From: Armatimonadota bacterium
Lineage (GTDB): Bacteria > Armatimonadota > Zipacnadia > Zipacnadales > UBA5352
NCBI GenBank assembly: GCA_034722055.1
Contig: JAYENL010000125.1
Coordinates: forward strand, 1 to 10,072
Length of the DNA: 10,072 bases
Direction of reading: 5' to 3'
How positions within the stretch are numbered: the stretch's first letter is position 1; each line of letters begins with the position of its first letter. The translations under genes were made by a program, and so were the position numbers. Under the pieces are notes generated by a model. That model was not told the DNA's origin. It saw nothing but the letters and a program-made list of their open reading frames with translations, and made no database searches. This document shows positions 1-7,041 of this stretch, piece by piece.

Positions 1-47
1 ATAGCGATCACTACGAGCAGCTCAATCAAAGTGAATCCTCGACGCAT
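1..47 (-). CDS. Prepilin-type N-terminal cleavage/methylation domain protein, 5' part only (runs off the window edge)
   Basis: Reverse complement of 1-47 reads ATG CGT CGA GGA TTC ACT TTG ATT GAG CTG CTC GTA GTG ATC GCT AT = MRRGFTLIELLVVIA(I), the class III signal motif GFTLIELLVV. SD-like GGGAGGAG at 53-60 on minus. Not in the supplied ORF track. Confidence 0.9.
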   Translation of the reverse strand, partial: MRRGFTLIELLVVIA

Positions 48-222
48 ACGAACTCCTCCCGTCATCTGGGATGGCAGCACGCCCCCGGCGGTCTCAGGCG
101 TCTTCCCCGTTGCCTTCGAGATACCTCCTTGTCGCCACAAAAAACTTAAGCCCATATCTCTGAGCGCGCAGGCGGCGGGCGTGGGATATCCCCTTGACGG
201 CGCCGGCTGGGCCGTACAGCGG

Positions 223-251
223 CACAGCGCGCGGCGGCGCCGCGCGCTGTG
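223..251. terminator. GC-rich hairpin downstream of the 277-897 gene (possible terminator or mRNA-stabilising stem)
   Basis: Perfect inverted repeat CACAGCGCGCGGCG-G-CGCCGCGCGCTGTG about 25 nt after the minus-strand stop at 277. No U-tract follows it. Confidence 0.45.
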
Positions 252-276
252 TGTGATCGCCGGGACAGAGGGTCTG

Positions 277-897
277 TTACTCCGTCGGCTGCGTGGGGTC
301 CCAGTAGATGGGCGTGTCGAGCTGCTCCTCCCGCGCCCACTTCACATGGCCGTCCGCGAAGCCGTAGATCACCCCATCGTTGTGCCGCTGTGGCCAGTTG
401 TTGCCCGAGAAGCTGGTGTCGGCGGGCGCCCCGCAGATGTTGTTGCCGGGATCGGTGATCCACCAGCCGTCGTCGCCAGTCTTCCCGTTGGCGCCGATGG
501 CCTCGGGACGCACGTCGCCCACGGTGATCTTGGTGGAGGCGTCCCAGAAGCTGTTCAGGGGCTTGCCGCTGGCCAGGTAGGCCATGCCATAGCCGGGCGC
601 CTTGTCTTTGCGGTCGGGGCAGAACATGATCTGGCGGTTGCGGGTATACGGGAAGATGGCGTTATACCACTGGGTGTCGGCGGTGAACCCGATCTGCCCG
701 TAGGGGATGATCTCATCGTAGTCCTGCGCGTACATGCTGATCGCCAGTGTGAGCTGCCTGACGTTGGAGATGCAGGCCGCCTGCCGCCCCTTGCCCCGTG
801 CCCTCGAGAACACAGGGAAGAGGATGGACGCGAGAATGGAGATAATCGCGATGACGACGAGCAGCTCGATGAGTGTGAAACCGTTACGGAACCGCAT
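277..897 (-). CDS. Prepilin-type N-terminal cleavage/methylation protein with C-terminal H-X9-DG motif (DUF1559-like)
   Basis: N-terminus MRFRNGFTLIELLVVIAIISILASILFPVFSRARGKGRQAACISN, then MYAQDYDE and FCP, with C-terminal RHNDGVIYGFADGHVKW (H-X9-DG). SD AAGGAGG at 906-912 on minus. Confidence 0.93.
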   Translation of the reverse strand: MRFRNGFTLIELLVVIAIISILASILFPVFSRARGKGRQAACISNVRQLTLAISMYAQDYDEIIPYGQIGFTADTQWYNAIFPYTRNRQIMFCPDRKDKAPGYGMAYLASGKPLNSFWDASTKITVGDVRPEAIGANGKTGDDGWWITDPGNNICGAPADTSFSGNNWPQRHNDGVIYGFADGHVKWAREEQLDTPIYWDPTQPTE

Positions 898-958
898 CGG
901 CTGTGCCTCCTTGCCGCCCCATGGTGTCAGTTGCGACCGCCAGCCGGCCCGCTATGAG

Positions 959-967
959 ATAGTAACA
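959..967 (-). promoter_or_regulatory. Putative extended -10 promoter element for the 277-897 gene
   Basis: Minus strand reads TG-T-TACTAT about 60 nt upstream of the ATG, inside the 898-1033 gap. No convincing -35. Confidence 0.4.
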
Positions 968-1033
968 CCGCCGCCACTGTGAAGTTTCGCGGAAACAGGC
1001 CCTATTCTCTTGCTGAGACGTGTCTGCTGCAAC

Positions 1034-3736
1034 TCAGATTCCATGCAAGCAGTCCACCTGAAGGGTGACATCGCATGGGTAACGTCCGGCGCGCGATCCG
1101 TAGATGGTGAGCCCCCCGCGGTCCGCGCCGGAGTCACTGACGGTCAACCGCACACCGATTCCCCCCTCGCTGACGGCCGCCCGAGCCCTGTCGCCACTCA
1201 GGCGCGCCGTCACAATCTGTCCATAGCGCCCCAGCAGCCCGTGCATGTGCGACAGCGCCCCGCGGGCGTCCGCCGGCTGGTCGGGAAGCACCACCCGCCG
1301 CACGGTCTGCTCCCCAAAGGCAATCTCCACCAGCGACGGCCAGCGGTCCTCGTCCGTCTGCGGAGCACCGGGCCTGGCGCTGGAGAGCTCCGCCATCAGC
1401 GTCAGCGCACAGATCTGGCCAGGCTCCACCTCATCCGGAAGAGCGAAACGCCACTGCGCTGTGCCATCTCCCTGGCCGGCCAGCAGATGCACCTCGCCAC
1501 CGACCTCCGCGCGCTCCACATCGCCCTCGAAGTGGGCCTGGCAGTCGCCTGGAAGAGCCGTGAGCACCATCGCGCCGCCGGTGCCCGTGGGTGGTAGTTC
1601 TGTGACGCTCTCGAGGACCCGCAAGTTCCATGCCACCGGACGCCCCAGCGTGTCGTGCAGGAAAGCCTGCACTCGGGTGAGGCCCGGCTCGTCGGGGACT
1701 GTGAGCGTGAGGCTGGCGCTCTCGGCGTCGAAGTCGTCGAGGCCGCGCGGGCGGATGATGACCCGCTCGCGGCAGAGGCGGTCGATGAAGGTGGCCGACC
1801 AGCGGAGGCGTCCGGCCAGCTTTTCGGCCCTCGCGGACGGCCGCAGGAAGAGGGGGATCGAGACCTCCGCGCCCGGCTCCACGGTGCTGCCGGGAGGGCC
1901 GTCGAAGCCCACGAAGCTCTCCCCCAGGATCATGGCGGGATCGTAGCCGAACTGCTTGGGGCTCCGGTCATAGTTGTACAGCCCGTTGTGCTCCCACTCG
2001 ATGTCAGTCAGCTCGGTGTAGACGTAGCCGCATATCTCCTCATGCCGCCGCAGCTCGTTGGTGAGCAACAGCAGGCACCAGGAGACGTCGAGGTCGCCCA
2101 TGCGGGCCGAGATGCCGCCGTACTCGCTGCACAGCAGCGGCTCGTCGCCCTGCGTCCGGCCGGGAACGTAGTTGAAGTCCGAGCCGGGGCAGGTGCGCTC
2201 AACGACCTCCTCGATATGCGCACGGGCCTCCTGGTAATCGTTGATGTAGAAGTGCCAGGAGTTGATGTCAGTGATCACGTGGTCATTCAGGCACGCGGAG
2301 TTGTCCTCCACCAGCCGGGTGGGATCGAGCTCGGAGGCGCGCTCGTAGCAGTCCCTGACCCACTGCTGCCGCTGTGGCATCTGAGCGTAGTCGCGCCCGC
2401 CCAGCCCCCAGGTCTCGTTGAAGAGGCACCACGCGATGATGCTGGGATGGTTGAAGTCGCGCCGGATCTGCCCCCACGCGGTGCGCTCCCAGCGCTCTCG
2501 CCCCACCTGCGAGTACCCGTCATAGCCCAGGTTGGGCATGTCGCACATGAGCATGACACCCACTCGATCCGCCCAGTAGCAGTACCGGGGATCAGGGGTC
2601 TTGATGTGCAGCCGCAGGAAGTTGAGGCCGGCCTGGCGCGCCAGCAGCAGGTCCCGGCGGATGTCGGCGTTGCTGGCATGGGCGTAAACGCCCTCGGGGG
2701 TGAATGACTGATCCAGAGCCCCCCGGAGATAGACGGGCTCCCCGTTGAGCCGGATGTAGGTAGGGCCGTCCTCGCCCAGCGGCCCCACGTCCACGTCCCG
2801 CATGCCGAACTGGGTGTGCACGGTGTCCACGACCTGGCCCTCGCGCAGCAGGTGCACCTGCAGGCGGTACATGTGTGGTGCGTCCGGGCTCCAGGGGATG
2901 GCGTCGGGAACCGGCAGCTCCAGCCGTCCCCGGCCGTCGGTTACCGGCACTGGCTCGCCGTGCGCCGCGGCGGCGCCTGTGGAGGCTCGCAGCTCGGCGG
3001 CGACGCTGAGGCTAGACTCGTCATCGCCCGCAACCTCGACGAGGACCGTGGCGCGCTCCTCCGCCAGTGACGGCAGCACGGGGGCGGCGAGGATGTGCGC
3101 GCGGGCCCGCGGCTCCAGCCACACGGTCTGCCAGATGCCGCTCGTGGGCGTGTACCAGCTCGGCACCTGCTTGCCCAGCGGCTTGCGGCTCTCCTCCTGC
3201 GGATCGTGCACGCGGATGACGAGGGTGTTCTCGCCCTCCACCAGCGCGTCCGTGACATCGAAGCTCACCGGCAGGTAGCCGCTCTCGGCCTGCCCCACCG
3301 CAGCACCATTGACCCAGGCCCGCAGCTCCCAGTCCGCGGCCTCCACATTCAGGAAGACGCGGCGGTCGTGCCAGTCCGCCGGGAGCTCGAAGCCGCGCCG
3401 GTACCAGCCGATGGTGTGGCGGGGCGCCTCGCGGTAGTTCTCGACCGTGACGGAGGCCGGGTCCCGGTAGACCTCCCGGCTGAACCAGCTCTGGTTGCCG
3501 GCCTGCGCCTCAGTCCCCCACGCCAGGTGGCTCTCCCAGGCAAAGGGCACCACGATCCGCCGCGAGAGGGCGACCTCCGGGGGCTCGAACCAGCCATCGG
3601 CGAGGCCGGCGTTGTCAGGGTCGAACTCGAAGTCCCACGTTCCGTTGAGGTTGAGCCAGTCAACGCCGGGGCGCAGGCCGCGGTGGAAGTCGGGCCTGGG
3701 ATGCTCCGGTCTGGGCGGGCGGATGGGCACATCCAT
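1034..3736 (-). CDS. Glycoside hydrolase family 2 (beta-galactosidase/glucuronidase superfamily) with a C-terminal extension
   Basis: WLNLNGTWDF, GWYRR, SGYLP and SGIWQTVWLE in the sugar-binding domain. FGMRDV and LNGEPVYLRG lead into the TIM barrel, with NHPSIIAWCLFNETWG (acid/base E441) and PLLCSEYGG (nucleophile E538). No signal peptide. SD GGGAG at 3744-3748 on minus. Confidence 0.93.
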   Translation of the reverse strand: MDVPIRPPRPEHPRPDFHRGLRPGVDWLNLNGTWDFEFDPDNAGLADGWFEPPEVALSRRIVVPFAWESHLAWGTEAQAGNQSWFSREVYRDPASVTVENYREAPRHTIGWYRRGFELPADWHDRRVFLNVEAADWELRAWVNGAAVGQAESGYLPVSFDVTDALVEGENTLVIRVHDPQEESRKPLGKQVPSWYTPTSGIWQTVWLEPRARAHILAAPVLPSLAEERATVLVEVAGDDESSLSVAAELRASTGAAAAHGEPVPVTDGRGRLELPVPDAIPWSPDAPHMYRLQVHLLREGQVVDTVHTQFGMRDVDVGPLGEDGPTYIRLNGEPVYLRGALDQSFTPEGVYAHASNADIRRDLLLARQAGLNFLRLHIKTPDPRYCYWADRVGVMLMCDMPNLGYDGYSQVGRERWERTAWGQIRRDFNHPSIIAWCLFNETWGLGGRDYAQMPQRQQWVRDCYERASELDPTRLVEDNSACLNDHVITDINSWHFYINDYQEARAHIEEVVERTCPGSDFNYVPGRTQGDEPLLCSEYGGISARMGDLDVSWCLLLLTNELRRHEEICGYVYTELTDIEWEHNGLYNYDRSPKQFGYDPAMILGESFVGFDGPPGSTVEPGAEVSIPLFLRPSARAEKLAGRLRWSATFIDRLCRERVIIRPRGLDDFDAESASLTLTVPDEPGLTRVQAFLHDTLGRPVAWNLRVLESVTELPPTGTGGAMVLTALPGDCQAHFEGDVERAEVGGEVHLLAGQGDGTAQWRFALPDEVEPGQICALTLMAELSSARPGAPQTDEDRWPSLVEIAFGEQTVRRVVLPDQPADARGALSHMHGLLGRYGQIVTARLSGDRARAAVSEGGIGVRLTVSDSGADRGGLTIYGSRAGRYPCDVTLQVDCLHGI

Positions 3737-3909
3737 AATCTCACTCCCTGCAGCGGAAGCGAACTAAGGCGGCGGATGGGCGTTCTGTAGGCTGAGGGCC
3801 CGTGTCGCTGTTGCCAGGCCGAGTTTCCGCCACCGGCGAGGGGCGACCTTCACCTCAGCCCAAGGCCGGCAATCTGAAAGTCGGGGAGGTCTGTGGGGGA
3901 TGCGCGACG

Positions 3910-3940
3910 AAAAAACCTTAAGATGGTATACTATAATGTA
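3910..3940. promoter_or_regulatory. AT-rich divergent promoter region between GH2 and the wHTH/KaiC operon
   Basis: Plus strand has TG-G-TATACT (3924-3932) overlapping a perfect TATAAT (3932-3937), preceded by an A-tract (3910-3915). The minus strand of the same patch gives TACATT and TATAGT. It is the only strongly AT-rich patch in the 3737-3975 gap. Confidence 0.65.
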
Positions 3941-3975
3941 CTCCATCGGGCTGCAGGCTGACGACGGACACGCGG

Positions 3976-4374
3976 ATGATGACCATGGATGAACGCGTGC
4001 GAGGCTTCATCGAGGAGACGGCACAGGACCTGGTGGGGCTCGACGTGGCGCTGTTCTACCAGGCCAACCCGCGCGCGTTTGATACCGCCGCCGGCATCGC
4101 GCTGCGCACCCACCGCTCGGTGGACGAGGTGGAGCCGGCGCTTGTCCGCATGGCCGAGCAGGGCTACCTTGAGGCGCTGTCGCGGGGCGACGGGCGCTAC
4201 CAGGTCTTCGCCCTCTCCCCCTCTCCGGAGGTCTGGCGGATGCTCTGCCACGTCAGCGACGCCTACCACGAGGACCCGGACGCCCGCAAGGAGATCATCC
4301 TGATGCTCGTGCAGCGGCGGCTCGAGCAGCGGGCCGCCGGCCAGAACGCGGGTGGGAGTGGCGCGGATGGCTGA
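3976..4374 (+). CDS. Small winged-helix-like protein (putative regulator or KaiC partner); the start may be ATG 3985
   Basis: GC3-rich codon usage. The pattern LDVALFYQANP-AFDTAAGIA-RTHRSVDEVEPALVRMAEQGYLE followed by a beta-hairpin (GDGRYQVFAL) fits HTH plus wing. Its TGA (4372-4374) overlaps the next gene's ATG (4367). Confidence 0.8.
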   Translation: MMTMDERVRGFIEETAQDLVGLDVALFYQANPRAFDTAAGIALRTHRSVDEVEPALVRMAEQGYLEALSRGDGRYQVFALSPSPEVWRMLCHVSDAYHEDPDARKEIILMLVQRRLEQRAAGQNAGGSGADG

Positions 4375-6991
4375 GTGGGTCAGTACCGGGATGCCGGGGC
4401 TGGACGAGCTTCTCGGCGGGGGCCTGCGCCGCGGCTCCTGCACGCTGCTGGAGGGCATCCCCGGCACCGGGAAGACCACCGTGGGGCTCGGCTTCCTCTA
4501 TCACGGCGCTGGCGAGGCCGGGGAGCCGGGCATCGCCATCACCTTCGAGCAGTTCCCCGAGCAGATGATCGAGGACGCTGCCCAGTTCGGCTGGGACATC
4601 GCCGCACTGGAGTCCCAGGGCCAGTTGCGCATCATGTGCACCTCTCCGGACGTGTTCCTCGATCAGCTCAGTGAGGTCGGCGGGGTGGTCGATCGCCTCG
4701 TCACCGAGATGGGCGCCCAGCGGATACTCATCGACAGCGCCTCTCACCTGGAACAGGTCACCGATGACCCCCGGGAGCTGCGATCGCTGTTCTACAGCAT
4801 GATCAACGGCCTCAAGCGAGCCGGCCTGACGACGGTGGTGACCAAGGAGCTCGGAGCCACCGACCTCGTGGACATCCCCTTCGAGGAGTATCTGTGCGAC
4901 ACCGTCGTCCGGCTGGATAACCGCATGGTCGGCGACTTCCGGCGGCGCCGCTTCGTGGAGATCGTGAAGTCGCGCGGCCGCGCCCACCGCTCTGGCCGCC
5001 ACGGCTTCGAGCTGACCGCGGCGGGACCGGAGGTCTACCCCCGCTACGAGCCGGCGCCCAAGCAGATGGCCGAGACCTGCCCCGTGGATCGCGTCTCCAC
5101 CGGCGTGGCAGGCATCGACCGCATGCTCGACGGTGGACTGGTGGCGGGCAGCGCCACGCTGGTGGCCGGCAGCGCGGGCGTGGGCAAGACGACGCTCGGC
5201 CTTCAGTTCATCCATCAAGGCGGCGAGATCGGGGAGCCGGGGGTCTTCGTGACCTTCGAGGAGTCCCCCGTCAAGCTCACCTGCCAGGCGGCCAGCTTCG
5301 GGATCGACCTGCAGGGGATGCGCGACCAGGGCCTGGTCAGCATTCTCCACCGGTTCCCGATCTCGGTGCGCTTCGAGAAGCTGCTGCTGGACATCATCGA
5401 CGAGATCGACCGCCTGGGCGCCAAGCGCCTGGTCTTCGACAGCCTCACCGACCTGGACCTGGCCTTCGGGACTGAGGACAGCGTGCGGGAGGCCGTCCAC
5501 GAGCTGGTGAGCGTGCTGGACTCCCGAGGCGTGACGGCCATCGTCGTGACCGAGGTGCCGGAGCTGTTCGGCCAGACCTACGTCTCCAGCGAGCATCTGT
5601 CCATCATCGTGGACGGCATCATCCTCATGAAGTACCTGGAGCTGGAGAGCGAGATCCAGCGCGCCATCTCGGTGCTGAAGATGCGCGGCTCGGGCCATGA
5701 CACTGGCATCTGGCGGTATGTGATCGAGGACCGGGGCATTGATGTGCTGGGCCGCTTCGAGGGCGCCGAGGGCCTGATGGCGGGCGCGGCCCGCACCACC
5801 GCCATCGCGCTGTCGGTACGCAGCTTCAGCGAGTTCGACGAGCAGCTCAACGCCGAGCTGCTGCAGCGCTTCTCGCAGATGCACCCCAACGTACAGCCGG
5901 TCTCCCTCGAGATCCCCTATAACCCCGATGAGGCGCTGGACACCGTTCGCACCGCTCTGCGCGCGGACAGCACTCACCTGTCGGTGGCTCCCCTGTGCCT
6001 CTACTGGACGCCGGAGGTGGTGGCCTCCGGCCAACTGCGGGTCGTGGACGAGCTGCTGCCGCCAAGCGAGCGGGAGCAGCACATGGAGGAGATCGTTGAG
6101 CCGGCAATGATGGACGGGGAGCTCTACGCCGTCCCCGCCATCTCGGTCTGCGGCACGCTGCTGTTCCGCCGCGATCTGCTTGAGAAGCATGGCTTCGACG
6201 CCCCGCCGGCCACCTGGGATGAGCTCGTGGAGCAGGCCGCGAAGATCACCGCCGACGAGCCGGGCGAGCTCATCGGCTTCCAGTTCCCCGCATACCTCTA
6301 CGAGGGCCTCAGCAGCTCCTTCCTGACGAACCTGTGGAGCAACGGGGGCTCGGTGGTCGGCGAGGACGGCGCCTGCCGCCTCGACAGCCCGGAGGCGCTG
6401 GAGGCCCTCCGCTTCATGCACTCCCTGGTGCATGAGCACCGCCTCACGCCCGTCAGCGTGACAACCTACAGCGGCGGCCTGGAGCCACAGGAGGACTTCA
6501 TCGAGGGCCGCACGGTCTTCCTCTACATGCTGCCCAGCGTGCTGCAGGAGATCAACCGCCCCGAGAGCCCGCTGCAGGGCAAGGTCGGGGTGGCCGGGCC
6601 GCCGCACGGCCCGCGCGGCGACCGCGGCTACAGCTTCCTGGGCGGCTGGCACTTCGGCATTCCAGTCAACGCCCGCGCTCCGGGCGCGGCCGGCGAGTTC
6701 ATCCGCTTCATGGCCAGCCCGGAGGTGCAGAAGGAGCGGGCCATGCGCGGGGGGCCGGCGCCGACCATCCAGTCGCTGTACCGCGATCCGGAGGTGCTGG
6801 CCTTCAATCCGCACTACCCCACCCTCTACGAGCTGCTCACCTCCGGCCGCAAGCGTCACGAGATCCCCAGCTACCTGGAGGTCTCGCGGCGCATGCAGCG
6901 ACACCTGCACCCCGTCCTGACCGGGGAGGCGACGCCGGAGGAGGCCCTCGAGAGGCTCTACCCCGAGGTCCGCGACCTCGTCGAGCAGTAG
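4367..6991 (+). CDS. Double-domain KaiC-family (RAD55/KaiC) ATPase fused to a C-terminal sugar ABC-type solute-binding domain
   Basis: Domain 1: VSTGMPGLDELLGGG, Walker A GIPGTGKT (4454-4477), TFEQ, ILIDS, VKSRG. Domain 2: RVSTGVAGIDRMLDGG, GSAGVGKT (5168-5191), TFEES, LVFDS, LKMRGSGHD. From ~5801 SBP family 1 motifs: HPNV, DGELYAVP, LLFRRDLLEKHG, PPATWDEL, YEGL, LGGW, TPEEAL. ATG 4367 is preferred over GTG 4352 because of SD GGGAG at 4354-4358. Ends in TAG TAG. Confidence 0.92.
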   Translation: MAEWVSTGMPGLDELLGGGLRRGSCTLLEGIPGTGKTTVGLGFLYHGAGEAGEPGIAITFEQFPEQMIEDAAQFGWDIAALESQGQLRIMCTSPDVFLDQLSEVGGVVDRLVTEMGAQRILIDSASHLEQVTDDPRELRSLFYSMINGLKRAGLTTVVTKELGATDLVDIPFEEYLCDTVVRLDNRMVGDFRRRRFVEIVKSRGRAHRSGRHGFELTAAGPEVYPRYEPAPKQMAETCPVDRVSTGVAGIDRMLDGGLVAGSATLVAGSAGVGKTTLGLQFIHQGGEIGEPGVFVTFEESPVKLTCQAASFGIDLQGMRDQGLVSILHRFPISVRFEKLLLDIIDEIDRLGAKRLVFDSLTDLDLAFGTEDSVREAVHELVSVLDSRGVTAIVVTEVPELFGQTYVSSEHLSIIVDGIILMKYLELESEIQRAISVLKMRGSGHDTGIWRYVIEDRGIDVLGRFEGAEGLMAGAARTTAIALSVRSFSEFDEQLNAELLQRFSQMHPNVQPVSLEIPYNPDEALDTVRTALRADSTHLSVAPLCLYWTPEVVASGQLRVVDELLPPSEREQHMEEIVEPAMMDGELYAVPAISVCGTLLFRRDLLEKHGFDAPPATWDELVEQAAKITADEPGELIGFQFPAYLYEGLSSSFLTNLWSNGGSVVGEDGACRLDSPEALEALRFMHSLVHEHRLTPVSVTTYSGGLEPQEDFIEGRTVFLYMLPSVLQEINRPESPLQGKVGVAGPPHGPRGDRGYSFLGGWHFGIPVNARAPGAAGEFIRFMASPEVQKERAMRGGPAPTIQSLYRDPEVLAFNPHYPTLYELLTSGRKRHEIPSYLEVSRRMQRHLHPVLTGEATPEEALERLYPEVRDLVEQ

Positions 6992-7041
6992 TAGCCCCGG
7001 CCCGGAACATCCTTCCGCCCTGCTGGCTCTACCCCATCAGC

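Noticed and set aside
123..130. Perfect SD-like AAGGAGGT on minus in the 48-276 gap
   Set aside because: No start codon at a usable distance downstream.
31..957. 308-aa plus-strand ORF, and the other plus ORFs over GH2 (e.g. 1655-2707, 3095-3790)
   Set aside because: Antisense to well-supported genes, with a low-information R/A/G/P-rich composition typical of high-GC shadows.
984..996. GTTTC-N3-GAAAC inverted repeat upstream of the pilin-like gene
   Set aside because: Only 5-bp arms and a single occurrence; not distinguishable from chance.
4367..5800. Calling the gene a true circadian kaiC
   Set aside because: No kaiA or kaiB in the window, the T432 equivalent is absent, and the KaiA-binding tail is replaced by an SBP domain.
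4295..6910. 871-aa antisense ORF opposite the KaiC-SBP gene
   Set aside because: Codon-aligned shadow of a GC3-biased gene. No recognisable motifs, while the plus strand carries clear domains.
5801..6991. Independent ABC transporter binding-protein gene
   Set aside because: No stop, SD/start, signal peptide or lipobox at the junction, and no permease genes nearby.
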